Positions 47,256-57,530 of a stretch of 64,000 nucleotides of DNA are shown in pieces; within the stretch, counting starts at the first letter, position 1, and every line of letters begins with the position of its first letter. The stretch covers positions 1 through 64,000 of IMG/VR virus record IMGVR_UViG_3300013101_000005; one strand, 5' to 3'. The DNA comes from a virus. A program made the position numbers and the translations under genes. The notes below the pieces were generated by a model that saw only the letters and a program-made list of their open reading frames with translations, did not search any database and was not told the DNA's origin.

Positions 47256-49119
47256 AGAAAAATTATATGGATTGAAAATGGTTCACTTTTACAGAAGGCA
47301 TCCAGTGCTTGCTGTACGTGACCTATTAGGCTTGCCTGTTAGTGCCCCCCACTTTAGAATAGCATTAAGAGCCGCTTGGTTTTGTGACCACTCTATCCTT
47401 CTGCTTTCCCGTGGTATGATGAAGTCTACTATCAATGCTATTATCTCTATTCTTAAATCTATATTATACCCAAACAGAACACAACTTGTTCTTGGTCCAC
47501 AGTTCCGTCAAGGTCGGATGATTTTTGAAGACGCTGGAATAGAAAAAGTACTTAGTGATCGTATGGGGATGCAAATACACCGACGAGGATTTGCCAACCA
47601 ATCCTGTAATACTCCAAAAAAAGTAATTAATAAGGGTACAAATGATATATGGAGAGTTAAGTTTAAAAACGGATCACAGATTGTTACTGGTCCACTTGGT
47701 AAAAAAGGAAGTTCTCTTCTAGGATTACGTGCAAATGATATTAGACTTGATGAAATGCGTGATTTTACAAAGTACCAAGTAACAAAAGTAATTCATCCTT
47801 TTGCAAATGTTCTTGCAGATCCCTTCAGTAATGCAGCAGAACACGAAGATTTTGAGGGCAATACTTTTATGTATGGTGGTACAATCAGGTATACAGACGA
47901 TTACTATTATGAAATTATAGAAGAATTCAAAAAGAAGATGGAAGTTGACACAGACTTAAAAAAATATGGATTTTGCCCAAGGTTAAACAGGGGCAAGTAC
48001 TGTGTGGTTGAATTTAATTATGAAGATGCTTTTAGTTTGGCACAAGGAACTAAACGTCCTAAACAATATACAGTAGATATTGTGGATGAATTAACTAAGA
48101 ACAGAAAAATTCATTTCCACTTTAGAATAAATATAGAAGAAATAGAGTCTGCAAAGTTTTCTGATACTGTAAATATAGAGGATTGGTTAGCTGAAAACAA
48201 GAATAGACCTATAAAACTAGGTAGTAAAGAGTTTCCATACTTATTACTACAATCTATATCAGATTTAATTGAATTTGACAACCCTGATATGGTTAATTCT
48301 GATCTATTATTCCCTGAATATTTGAGTGAAGCAAAGAACTTTTCTCGTAGTGGTGACTTTGTTGCACCGTTGGAGCCCCTTATGGATTGCCCTTTAGAGA
48401 CAGTTATGGGGGTAGATGTGGCTACAGAGAGTGATAAATTTGCAATTGTAATAATTAGACCAGGCACAACACAGGGTAATTTATTTGATAATATTGTGTA
48501 TGCCTTTGCAAAATCACACATGAGTTACTCAGATATGCGAAATAAATTGTATGAGTGTATAGATTTGTACAATATTGTGTTATTTCATATGGACAAACGT
48601 GGTGGTGGAACTGCCCTACGGGATATGTTACGGGAACCTGAGGATGAAGCGAGGCCATCCCTTGTTGATGAGGCCACTGATCCTAAGGCTATTTTGCACC
48701 CTAATAGGGTCAATATGCTCCGTATGGTCAATGCTACGGCTGAATATAATACAACAAGCGTTAATACAATTAAAGCACGAATGCAATCAAAAAAGTTGTT
48801 AATACCAAGAATTGTTAGTATTCACCCAGATCCTTTAGTAAGTGAAATTTACAACGATTTACTAGCATTACGTAGTCAATTTGGTAAAATCAAATCTAAA
48901 CCTATTGGTGGAGGATGGAAAAAGTACTATGTCCCAGAGACAAAATCTACAGACGAGTCTCTAGAACGAGGTTATAAAGATCTTTTTAGTGCTTCATTAT
49001 ATGCAATGAACGCTATTTTGGAGCATACTGGGATTAAGGACCTTATTGATAAAAAGAAGAGATTTGATAATATTCCGTTGCCACATTATATAAATGTTGC
49101 GCCAATTGTTAGGAGGTAA
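47218..49119 (+). CDS. terL: Terminase large subunit
   Basis: Walker A-like SRGMMKS, F.NGS.I, G.RA...LDE, GVDVA...D, D.RGGG, KDLFSA. Confidence 0.9.
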   Translation: MQNQAKTVHLTRKEKLYGLKMVHFYRRHPVLAVRDLLGLPVSAPHFRIALRAAWFCDHSILLLSRGMMKSTINAIISILKSILYPNRTQLVLGPQFRQGRMIFEDAGIEKVLSDRMGMQIHRRGFANQSCNTPKKVINKGTNDIWRVKFKNGSQIVTGPLGKKGSSLLGLRANDIRLDEMRDFTKYQVTKVIHPFANVLADPFSNAAEHEDFEGNTFMYGGTIRYTDDYYYEIIEEFKKKMEVDTDLKKYGFCPRLNRGKYCVVEFNYEDAFSLAQGTKRPKQYTVDIVDELTKNRKIHFHFRINIEEIESAKFSDTVNIEDWLAENKNRPIKLGSKEFPYLLLQSISDLIEFDNPDMVNSDLLFPEYLSEAKNFSRSGDFVAPLEPLMDCPLETVMGVDVATESDKFAIVIIRPGTTQGNLFDNIVYAFAKSHMSYSDMRNKLYECIDLYNIVLFHMDKRGGGTALRDMLREPEDEARPSLVDEATDPKAILHPNRVNMLRMVNATAEYNTTSVNTIKARMQSKKLLIPRIVSIHPDPLVSEIYNDLLALRSQFGKIKSKPIGGGWKKYYVPETKSTDESLERGYKDLFSASLYAMNAILEHTGIKDLIDKKKRFDNIPLPHYINVAPIVRR

Positions 49120-49123
49120 CAAA

Positions 49124-49645
49124 GTGGGCGAACCTACTATTATTACAGAAGTTATGTTGACAGATAATTCGGTTGTTGATTCTTCACGGACATCACATGC
49201 TGCATCTGCAACTACATATTGGTTATCAAGGAATTTGCCGACAACAGGCAAATCAACGTTAGATTCCACTATTGGAGGCTATAACTGCGAAGTTGCAAAG
49301 TATTACTTTGAGGGTCATGGTAGTGGTAATTATGTTACAAATTTTAAATTTTACTTAGCTGATAGGAATGCTGTAGCACAAGATATGACTTTTTGTACAT
49401 ATGCTACAGATACATTTACAGAGCCAAGTACCATTAGTGAGTCTGATATCTATAATTTTGTTGGGGATTGGGAAGAAGCAGAGTATGCCATCCCTTCCTC
49501 TTCAAATTTAGGTACAGATGCCACATTTGCATCTAATGATGATCCTACATGGACACAGCTTATCTATTTTGCTGCTGTTGTAGAATCTGGGGCGACTACA
49601 GGGACTTCCTCTTGGGTTAACAAGTTGCTGTATCAATACACTTAG
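49124..49645 (+). CDS. Hypothetical, probable virion protein
   Basis: AGGAGG RBS with GTG; Thr/Ser-rich, ends YQYT. Confidence 0.55.
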   Translation: MGEPTIITEVMLTDNSVVDSSRTSHAASATTYWLSRNLPTTGKSTLDSTIGGYNCEVAKYYFEGHGSGNYVTNFKFYLADRNAVAQDMTFCTYATDTFTEPSTISESDIYNFVGDWEEAEYAIPSSSNLGTDATFASNDDPTWTQLIYFAAVVESGATTGTSSWVNKLLYQYT

Positions 49646-49653
49646 GAGAGGTT

Positions 49654-50112
49654 ATGCTAAACTGGAATGCTTTTGGGACACATGAAGGAGGACAATTTGC
49701 CCTTCTGGATACAGATGATTGGGGAAAAGATGTTGTAAATGGTGTTGGTATTGACAGTATTTCTCATTTTGAATTAATTAATGAAGATCAAAAAGTAATG
49801 CTTTTTGTTAGAAAAGGTGTTATACATATAGGGGAAGATAACTCTCTTAAATTGGGTATAAATTTAGGTGGTTATATGTACACCCTTTATGATAGTTGTG
49901 TTTTCTCATTAGAGGATATTGCTCCATTTACTACAGCAGTATACACAAGTTCTACTAATAAAAGTGAAGATCTTGGTAAACATTTAATGTTAAAGTATAA
50001 AGTTACAGCAATTATGGATAAACTTGAAAAGAAGAAAATTAAACTTGATACCCCAATAGAAAAAACTTTTTTATTGCATTTAGATAAATATGGGTATCTA
50101 TCTATCTGTTAG
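49654..50112 (+). CDS. Hypothetical protein
   Basis: AGGAG RBS, 152 aa. Confidence 0.65.
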   Translation: MLNWNAFGTHEGGQFALLDTDDWGKDVVNGVGIDSISHFELINEDQKVMLFVRKGVIHIGEDNSLKLGINLGGYMYTLYDSCVFSLEDIAPFTTAVYTSSTNKSEDLGKHLMLKYKVTAIMDKLEKKKIKLDTPIEKTFLLHLDKYGYLSIC

Positions 50113-50120
50113 GAGATATT

Positions 50121-50408
50121 ATGGGTTCTGAACAATTACTTATAGGTAATATTGCTATTGCTTCTATTATTATAAAGACTATTATTTCTGGGTTTAAACA
50201 AATCTTTCCGTTTAAGCCTTTATATGCTCAAATAGCAGTAATGGCTTTGGGTGTGGGGACCGCATTTGTAATAAATGCTACCTTGTTAGAAATAGCAGAT
50301 CCAACCCCGCTTGCTGTCGTTTTACAAAAGACGCTTGCTGGTCTTTTTATTGGTGCTACTTCTATGGGTGTCCATGAAACCACAAAGGCAATGACAAAAA
50401 ATGCGTAA
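50121..50408 (+). CDS. Holin-like membrane protein
   Basis: Small with 2-3 hydrophobic segments; G...GA.S.GVHE..K ending seen in phage holins. Confidence 0.6.
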   Translation: MGSEQLLIGNIAIASIIIKTIISGFKQIFPFKPLYAQIAVMALGVGTAFVINATLLEIADPTPLAVVLQKTLAGLFIGATSMGVHETTKAMTKNA

Positions 50409-52644
50409 AAATGAAGCTCCTCTGGAATTTCCTGAAATTGAACCACTAAAAACCTTAGCAGACTATAGTTCTTTATCTGATGAAGATTTATCTTTACGGC
50501 AAGCAACAGTAACAAAATATTTGGTTACCTTTGCTATAAATTATAGTAGGCGAGTTAAGACTAGTACTGATTACCTATTAAAAGAGGTTAATGAGTACAA
50601 AGACATAGCGAATTATCGCTATGATAGTAAGGCGGCGAAAGAGAAGGAAGTACAACTTTCCAGAAAGTTGATAGAGGCAGATGAATTGTGTGGTACTGTT
50701 CTTGATAGAATGGTATCTTTTTGTATTACTCCTGGTAATATAGAAAATGTAAAAAACAAAGAGTTGTTAGTTCTTCTTAATAGATGGAAGGACTATGTGG
50801 GGAATTTGGAGAGTGAAAAAAATAATAAATCAAATGTCTTAGTTGCAAAACCCATGGGTATTGGTATATTATTTGAACAGGTGTTAGAACGATTATTTGT
50901 TGATGGTGACGCTTTTGTTTCTGAAGTGTGGGCTGAGGATGTTGTAATAGACGGCGAACAAAAAACGTTACCTTACAAATTTAATATATATGATACATTA
51001 CTAATAGAATATGATGAACAATCTTTTATTGCTAATGGTCAAGAAAAAGTATATGTAAATTTAGATTTAGCTACAACTGATTATTACAAAAAGAAAGGGA
51101 CACAAGTTCCACTTTTTAAAGAAAATTCAATGCCCTTTACAACACACCTAAAACTACGACCAAAGACATTTAGTTTCTGGGGTACATCTTTCTTTAAGAG
51201 GGCCTTTCATCCTGTTGCAGCTAAAAAAAGAATAGAAGCACTAGAAGTTAATACTATAGAAGGATTAATAAACAGGCTGACTATTTTAAAGGCAGGTAAA
51301 CTTGATTCTGAATCTGAGTCTGGTATAATAGCACCACATAGGTTGGCTATTTTAGAACGTCTTATTGCTCAACCAAAAGTTAATAATATGTTGTTATGGC
51401 CTGGGGACGATATCTCTGTATTAGATATTGGTCCTGATGCTGGTTTATTAACTTATGAGAAAAAATATACGGAAGCAAATGAGCAAGTGTTGGCTGCTTT
51501 AGGCTTCCCTAGAGTTCTCGTAGATGGTGAGAATACCACTACTGAGAACTGGCACAAATTTCTTGGTGTGATTTCATATATAGATAAAGTAAGGAATAAT
51601 TATATAATTCCTTGGATTAATTCTGTATTAAGAAAAATAGCTGTTAAGAATGGGTATGAAGATGAATACCCAAGGTTCTCTTTTTCTAGAGTTAAACTAC
51701 ATGATCTACAACAAATGCTTAATTCTGTTAAGGTATTTTATGACCGTGGCCTTATGTCTGAGTTGTCTGCTGTTACTAGTGGTGATCTTGATTATGAGCT
51801 AGAACGAGCTAGGCGTGAGGTTGAAGTTGAAGAAGGAATGATTAGTCAATTCGGTGGTCCTCAAGCATTACCATTTAGTAAAAATACTCCTGATGGTTCT
51901 GAAAAGGAGGGGACCACTAGCCCAGACAAAGACATTGAAAAACCAGAAGCAAAGGAAGCTAAAGTAGCTGCTTCCATAAATGATGTGGATAGAGAAGCCC
52001 TTATTGAGGTATTTGAAGATTATATCTTTGCTTTACATGATTTATATACTGAAAAATTAGTACAAGCAATAAAACTAGGGTTCTATAATACAATAGACTT
52101 TGTTATAAATACTTATGGGGCGCATCTTAAAAAGACAACAGAAGAGCAGATGAAGATATTATTCAATCAAGAAGTATATGGATTTCATGTAGAAAATGAT
52201 TTCTTAGTTGCTGCTATTGATTGGATTGATACTTTCTATGATGGTTATATTGATGAGATTTCTATTGAAATTAAAAATGTTGTAAAAAATAATGAGGGGA
52301 GAGTGGCAGTATTACCAGACCTAATAGCTGGTATTATGGCTGCGCTAAAAACAAAAAGGTTAAGATTATATAGTTCATCAGTTTATAATAAAGCGAAGTC
52401 AGCAGGGGAATTAACACAATTAAGGGCTTCGGGAACGAAGAACATGCAATGGAAATCAGCACTATCTGAACGAACATGCGAGTGGTGTGGTGAGATGCAC
52501 AACCAAGTACTTACCTTGGACAACTTCTTTGCTAGTTTCCCTCCGCATCCAGACTGTGAGTGCTGGGGCGTTGGTACTGCTTTAGAACTATCTGAAAATT
52601 CGCCCGAAAAAGATAGAAATAATTGGAGCAAAGTAGCAACCTAA
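50401..52644 (+). CDS. Portal protein fused to a Mu gpF-like head morphogenesis domain
   Basis: Position after terL; portal-like core; C-terminal W.SA..ERTC.WC..MH....FPPHP.C.C. Confidence 0.8.
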   Translation: MRKNEAPLEFPEIEPLKTLADYSSLSDEDLSLRQATVTKYLVTFAINYSRRVKTSTDYLLKEVNEYKDIANYRYDSKAAKEKEVQLSRKLIEADELCGTVLDRMVSFCITPGNIENVKNKELLVLLNRWKDYVGNLESEKNNKSNVLVAKPMGIGILFEQVLERLFVDGDAFVSEVWAEDVVIDGEQKTLPYKFNIYDTLLIEYDEQSFIANGQEKVYVNLDLATTDYYKKKGTQVPLFKENSMPFTTHLKLRPKTFSFWGTSFFKRAFHPVAAKKRIEALEVNTIEGLINRLTILKAGKLDSESESGIIAPHRLAILERLIAQPKVNNMLLWPGDDISVLDIGPDAGLLTYEKKYTEANEQVLAALGFPRVLVDGENTTTENWHKFLGVISYIDKVRNNYIIPWINSVLRKIAVKNGYEDEYPRFSFSRVKLHDLQQMLNSVKVFYDRGLMSELSAVTSGDLDYELERARREVEVEEGMISQFGGPQALPFSKNTPDGSEKEGTTSPDKDIEKPEAKEAKVAASINDVDREALIEVFEDYIFALHDLYTEKLVQAIKLGFYNTIDFVINTYGAHLKKTTEEQMKILFNQEVYGFHVENDFLVAAIDWIDTFYDGYIDEISIEIKNVVKNNEGRVAVLPDLIAGIMAALKTKRLRLYSSSVYNKAKSAGELTQLRASGTKNMQWKSALSERTCEWCGEMHNQVLTLDNFFASFPPHPDCECWGVGTALELSENSPEKDRNNWSKVAT

Positions 52645-52659
52645 TAGGAGAGTCTAACA

Positions 52660-52845
52660 ATGGAACAGACCACAACCGAACTTTTAATAAAGCTGTTGGT
52701 GGAATTCGGCCTACCAACCTCTTTATGTTTTTACTTGTTAATATCATTTGAAAAGAAAATTGATAGAATTATTTCTTTAGTTGATAGGTTGACAGGAATT
52801 ATTCTTAAAATGTCGGATATTGATAGGAGTGATTTAGATGCCTAA
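52660..52845 (+). CDS. YvrJ-like small membrane protein
   Basis: FG.P.....YLL..FEKKID.....V..L. Confidence 0.65.
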   Translation: MEQTTTELLIKLLVEFGLPTSLCFYLLISFEKKIDRIISLVDRLTGIILKMSDIDRSDLDA

Positions 52846-53416
52846 TTTTTTTATAGAAAATCCTGAATCAATTATATTCACAGTAGTATTTTTGGCAATG
52901 TTTATATACGGAATAAACAAGAATATTGTATACTCAACTAAAGTATCTGAATTAGCAAAAAAGTTAAATCTATTAGCTCCAGATTCTTTAGACGAATACG
53001 CCGATGTTCATACAAATCTTGATTTTGCTTCTGCTGATCCAAACTACGGTATATTATCCTTAGTAGCTGATAAGTACCACAAGGGTTATGATTTTATTAT
53101 TATTGACCAACCAAAAGCAGGATCACAAGTTCCTTTACATAGGCATAAAAGGTCTAATGAACTATTTTATGTTCTTAAAGGAAAAATCCGTATATATATA
53201 TGTGATAAAAAAGCCACAGTTGCTGATTGTTTAGAAGGATGTGAAAAGGCCACAGAACTATCTGTTGGTGATTGGTTATTTGTTGAAGCAAAAAGAGAGC
53301 ATTGTATTGAAGTAATAAAACCCACAAAATATATTGTTATAGCAAAACCCCAACTATTCTCAAGGATTGGTAAATTATATGAATTCTTATTCAAGAAAGA
53401 AAACAAACAAGCATAG
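52838..53416 (+). CDS. Membrane-anchored cupin-domain protein
   Basis: N-terminal TM; P.H.H...E.FYVLKG, L..GD........H. Confidence 0.75.
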   Translation: MPNFFIENPESIIFTVVFLAMFIYGINKNIVYSTKVSELAKKLNLLAPDSLDEYADVHTNLDFASADPNYGILSLVADKYHKGYDFIIIDQPKAGSQVPLHRHKRSNELFYVLKGKIRIYICDKKATVADCLEGCEKATELSVGDWLFVEAKREHCIEVIKPTKYIVIAKPQLFSRIGKLYEFLFKKENKQA

Positions 53417-55205
53417 GTCTAATGGACTTATTAATAAGGATGAGATTACTGCCGGATTGAGAAAGTCGGTTATTTCTGTGTTGTCAAACACGGACAACTT
53501 TGATCATCTTGTTGGTGATCCTGTGTTGATTTCTGACATAGCAGACGCTGTGTTCGCTTCTATTTATAAAAAGAACGGGAGGCTGTTCGCTGTGCGTAAG
53601 GGTGACACTTTTGATAGTATGATTGAAAGTATCATGTTTAACACAGAAAAAGTATGCCAAGTAAAAGAAACTAAGAAGCAAATTCTTAAGGCTGCTGAAG
53701 TTATTGTATCAGAAACTGTTAATACTGTAGCTTTGGAAGTTCTTAGTGCCAGCGTAACCGATAAACTTGATTCTAATATTAGTAAAGAATTAGACTTTTT
53801 TGAAAGTAAATTTAAGAATGAAGTAGACAGATTGGTATATGCTGGCTCAAACATGAGCCTTAAAAATTTGCCAGCAAGGAAAGATTTGTTGTATTTAGAT
53901 CTTATCTTAGTTGCTGAAGGCACAAATGCCAATAAAGATACTATACTGGCAGAAGAACTACAAGAGAGATACCTTACTCTTATTGGTATGCCCTTAGTTG
54001 AAGAACACGAACCACAAGCTATACGTGGTGTTTTCTTTGATTCAAAATTAGTAAGAATTAAGCCAGGAAAAGAAAAGGGATCTGTAAAGATTGTTGCAAA
54101 AGGTGGAAGATTAGCTGTTAGAGCAAAGGCTTATGTCTATAAAAATAGATTCCCAAGGGAAGCCTATTTACTTAAAGATCGCCAAGAAAAGGGGCTATTA
54201 CGGTATTCTGTGGAGTTAGCATTTAGTCTTTCTGAGTGCGGTGTTTGCGGAAAAACCTTTAAGGCTTCTGAAACATATTGTGAGCATTTACTGTTAAGGC
54301 ATAGTGTAAATGATCCAATGTTTAGTAGAATAGTACGTGATATTTACTTTATCGGTGGGGCATATACAATAAACCCGGCTGAAAAACTAGCTGTTTCATT
54401 AGAAGTTACTGATCCAATTGACGAGAAACCATCAAAAAGTAACAAAACAGGTGCTTCTTGTGTTAATACTATAGACGATACTGGCAAGGTCGTTGACAAG
54501 AGATTAGATTCTCATGAAACCACAGATAAAAATAATGCTGATGGGGATAATAAATCCTCAAACCCAGATGGAGGACAGCAAATGCTATATAATTATAACT
54601 CTGTTGAAGACCTTCTAGCAAGTAAAGAAGTCGGTGCCTTAGTTGAGTCACAGGTTTCTAATATACTTGATGAGGAACGGGAGAGTTTTGAAGCCTCTCT
54701 TACCGAACTAGAAGATACTCAAAAAGGTTATAAAACACAGATTGAAGAGCTAAAGGCTTCCTTGGTTGAAAAACAGGCCGAGCTAGACAAAGCAAAAGAG
54801 ACTCTTTCTGCTATGGAAGTAGAGAAAAAGATTTCGGATGCTATTTTAGACCTTCAAAATGCTGGTTATACCTTTGACTCAGACGAGGAAATTAAAGCCT
54901 TCTCTGATCAAATTAAAGAAATGTCTCCGGATCAGGCTTCCTTTATCATTGATATGATGAAGAAAACTATTACAGCTACTGAGGATCCTGTTAAGGAATC
55001 CAAGGAAACTGAAGATGATCCAACCACAGATCTTGATGAAGGATCTACAAAAGCTTCTGATGAATCGAACGAGGAATCGAACGATGAGTCTATTGAAGCC
55101 TCACAGCAAGCAGATCTGAATGCATCTGCGGATGATAACCAAACTCTTCTATCCATTCGTAAGGATTGGGACAAACGTGTTAACACGTTGAAAGAACTGT
55201 CCTAA
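53367..55205 (+). CDS. Prohead protease with C-terminal scaffold
   Basis: N.NKD, EEH, SVEL...C.VCG....C.H, NPA; coiled-coil and acidic C-terminus; start codon uncertain. Confidence 0.75.
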   Translation: MVNYMNSYSRKKTNKHRSNGLINKDEITAGLRKSVISVLSNTDNFDHLVGDPVLISDIADAVFASIYKKNGRLFAVRKGDTFDSMIESIMFNTEKVCQVKETKKQILKAAEVIVSETVNTVALEVLSASVTDKLDSNISKELDFFESKFKNEVDRLVYAGSNMSLKNLPARKDLLYLDLILVAEGTNANKDTILAEELQERYLTLIGMPLVEEHEPQAIRGVFFDSKLVRIKPGKEKGSVKIVAKGGRLAVRAKAYVYKNRFPREAYLLKDRQEKGLLRYSVELAFSLSECGVCGKTFKASETYCEHLLLRHSVNDPMFSRIVRDIYFIGGAYTINPAEKLAVSLEVTDPIDEKPSKSNKTGASCVNTIDDTGKVVDKRLDSHETTDKNNADGDNKSSNPDGGQQMLYNYNSVEDLLASKEVGALVESQVSNILDEERESFEASLTELEDTQKGYKTQIEELKASLVEKQAELDKAKETLSAMEVEKKISDAILDLQNAGYTFDSDEEIKAFSDQIKEMSPDQASFIIDMMKKTITATEDPVKESKETEDDPTTDLDEGSTKASDESNEESNDESIEASQQADLNASADDNQTLLSIRKDWDKRVNTLKELS

Positions 55206-55231
55206 AGTACAGATAGTTGATTGGAGGATTC

Positions 55232-55786
55232 ATGAATAAGACAAGCGTATCACATGCTCCTAGTTATGCCCACCAAGGGGAGTTTCTTGCTTCTGGTTTG
55301 GTCTATAATTTTGCTGCGTGTGTAGAAGATACTTTCGACTTCACTTCTGGTGAAGGCGTTGAGTACTTACATAACGTCCATTATCTAAAGCAAGTTGCGA
55401 CTTCTGCTATAGCTCAGGACGGGACTGTAATGATGTATATGGGCTATAAGTGGCCCACCGAAGATGATTACTATGAACGTAATGGTCTTTATGCTGATAG
55501 AATTGTTGACGGTGAGGGTATTATCGGATTGCAGATGATGCCTGGTGTTCGTATTCAAGAATACGTTGGCACTGATTATACCGTTGGTGGTCCTGAGGCT
55601 TCCGATGTCAAGTTGGGGGCGTTAGCTCCTATTGATTGGTCTGCTGTTGCTTACGGGACTGTCCTGTATCTAACGGATAAGGGCCAATTTACTACTGCTA
55701 CCACAAATAAAATCGTTCGTGCTCAATTTATTGAGATGAAGGGTATGTGGGTTATGCTAGAAATGATACAGCCTTACCAACCGTAA
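55232..55786 (+). CDS. Head decoration/cement-like protein
   Basis: Between scaffold and capsid; G..LY....G.F motif. Confidence 0.55.
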   Translation: MNKTSVSHAPSYAHQGEFLASGLVYNFAACVEDTFDFTSGEGVEYLHNVHYLKQVATSAIAQDGTVMMYMGYKWPTEDDYYERNGLYADRIVDGEGIIGLQMMPGVRIQEYVGTDYTVGGPEASDVKLGALAPIDWSAVAYGTVLYLTDKGQFTTATTNKIVRAQFIEMKGMWVMLEMIQPYQP

Positions 55787-55815
55787 TCAAGGCTTTATTT
55801 TAAGGAGGCTACATA

Positions 55816-56787
55816 GTGGCTGATACATTAATTTCAAGAGAGCTTTCTCAAGCTCTTGGCCTTGAAGCCAAGGACAAGGAGCTTTTGGTAATGCTACAGT
55901 CGATTGATTGGCGTGACCCTGCTTCTGAGTCTGATAGATACATGTTCGCTAAAGAAATTGTACGTCAGGCAGAAGATCTGGTTCAGTTAGTTGACCCGAC
56001 TCCTCTTATGTTAAACCAAACTTCATATGATCCTAGTGTTACAAACATTAAGTTCACTGATGTTGTTGGTTTTGAAGCTAAAGCCGTTACCGCTGGTGGA
56101 CACAAAGAGGCCATCCGTGTTGACAACGAGATCGTTAGTATGCCTATTCCTAGGCGTTACGATCATGTGACCATTGAAATTCTCAAAGAAGACCTTGAAC
56201 TTGGTACCTATGGTTCCATTGCTGGTCTACGAGAAGGAATTGCTGATGCACTCCTGCGTAAGAAAATCAATGCTGTCTGGGCGGCTTGTAACGATGCTAT
56301 TACATCTGCGGATCTCACAGGGCAATCTACTGGAAATGATAATTATATATCTCTTCCCGGTGGGGCTCTTACTGAAGATGCCGTTGATTATGCTATTGAC
56401 AAGATGGATGCGGAAGGTGGCGGGGTCTATTCGATTCTTGGTCATCCTTCCAAACTTAATCCTATCTCTAAGTTCGCTACGTTCCAATCCATTATGCCTG
56501 AGCGTCTTAAGTTAGACTACTGGCGTACTGGTTTTATTGGTCTTTATCGTGGTGCTAACTTAGTTAAGATTCCTGCTGTTGTTGACAAGAAATACAACAT
56601 TGCACCTACGGACGCATACTCTGTGTTTGTTCTTGGTGCTGGTCTGGGTGAGATCGCCCAGATTAGAGGTATGACCGCATCAACTTGGGACGATCCTGCA
56701 AGAGATGTACAGTTCATCTCGGCGCAGCATAAATATGTTGTGCTTACGTGGCAACCTAAGGGTGGATTCCGTATCCGCCTGTTCTAA
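55816..56787 (+). CDS. Major capsid protein (HK97 fold)
   Basis: AAGGAGG RBS, strongly biased codons, G..G.Y.GA..V, hairpin after the stop. Confidence 0.85.
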   Translation: MADTLISRELSQALGLEAKDKELLVMLQSIDWRDPASESDRYMFAKEIVRQAEDLVQLVDPTPLMLNQTSYDPSVTNIKFTDVVGFEAKAVTAGGHKEAIRVDNEIVSMPIPRRYDHVTIEILKEDLELGTYGSIAGLREGIADALLRKKINAVWAACNDAITSADLTGQSTGNDNYISLPGGALTEDAVDYAIDKMDAEGGGVYSILGHPSKLNPISKFATFQSIMPERLKLDYWRTGFIGLYRGANLVKIPAVVDKKYNIAPTDAYSVFVLGAGLGEIAQIRGMTASTWDDPARDVQFISAQHKYVVLTWQPKGGFRIRLF

Positions 56788-56801
56788 CGGTTGTGAAAGT
56801 T

Positions 56802-56824
56802 TAGGGGGGCCTAGTGCCCCCCTA
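56802..56824 (+). terminator. Hairpin after the capsid gene
   Basis: taggggggc-ctagt-gcccccc-ta; weak U tract. Confidence 0.6.
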
Positions 56825-56844
56825 TAACAGGTTAGGAGAATTTT

Positions 56845-57453
56845 ATGGAGAAGAGAGGCATAGTTGTAAACGATCCCCGAAGTGTTGTTCTAGTTGTTAA
56901 TAATTCTGGTGGTACTATTTGTTTACCAAGGGAACACAATAAAGATATTATTTTTCATCCAGGCGAACTTGCCCAGATAGAGTGGGCAGAATTTGTTAGG
57001 TTTAAGAATATTCCACATTTTGGTAGGTTCTTAAAACTAAGTGATTCAGTTGTAATATCTGATGGAAAAGTAAAAATTAGAAATGTAGTTGGAAGTATTT
57101 CCAATGACGAATTAGTAGACCTTTTACCTCAAGGCGTTTCTGTAATAAAAGAATTTACTTTGACCCTAAATGCGGCAGAACGGCATATTTTACATAGTTT
57201 TCTTGAGCAAAGGGCTAAACTTGGTATTGAAACAGAAAAATGTGAAGAAGTTATTGAATTTATTGAAAAAGAATTTCCAGAAGAAGAACTTGTTTCAAAA
57301 GAAAAAGAAGAAACAGTTGAGCCACAAGAAGCTGCACCTAAGAAAACAAGGAAAAAGAAAACAAAAATCTCTATAAAGGGCGATAAAAAACTTGTTGAAA
57401 ATGAGGAGCATCTTTCTGTGAATGTTATAGACATTGATGGGGATTCTGACTAA
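56845..57453 (+). CDS. Hypothetical head-associated protein
   Basis: AGGAG RBS; follows the capsid gene. Confidence 0.65.
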   Translation: MEKRGIVVNDPRSVVLVVNNSGGTICLPREHNKDIIFHPGELAQIEWAEFVRFKNIPHFGRFLKLSDSVVISDGKVKIRNVVGSISNDELVDLLPQGVSVIKEFTLTLNAAERHILHSFLEQRAKLGIETEKCEEVIEFIEKEFPEEELVSKEKEETVEPQEAAPKKTRKKKTKISIKGDKKLVENEEHLSVNVIDIDGDSD

Positions 57454-57474
57454 TTCTTAACAAGAATTAAACTG

Positions 57475-57512
57475 AACTCCCGATCCTTTTGTTTAGGTTA
57501 TCGGGAGTTTTT
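57475..57512 (+). terminator. Intrinsic terminator
   Basis: aactcccgat...atcgggagtt followed by T run. Confidence 0.7.
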
Positions 57513-57530
57513 AAATATGAGGAAAGAAAC

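Noticed and set aside
55060-55090. 12-bp tandem repeat (gaatcgaacga)
   Set aside because: Ordinary in-frame low-complexity duplication in the acidic scaffold linker.
57489-57530. N-terminal extension of the adaptor ORF
   Set aside because: The TTG start lies inside a terminator hairpin; GAGG RBS supports ATG 57531.
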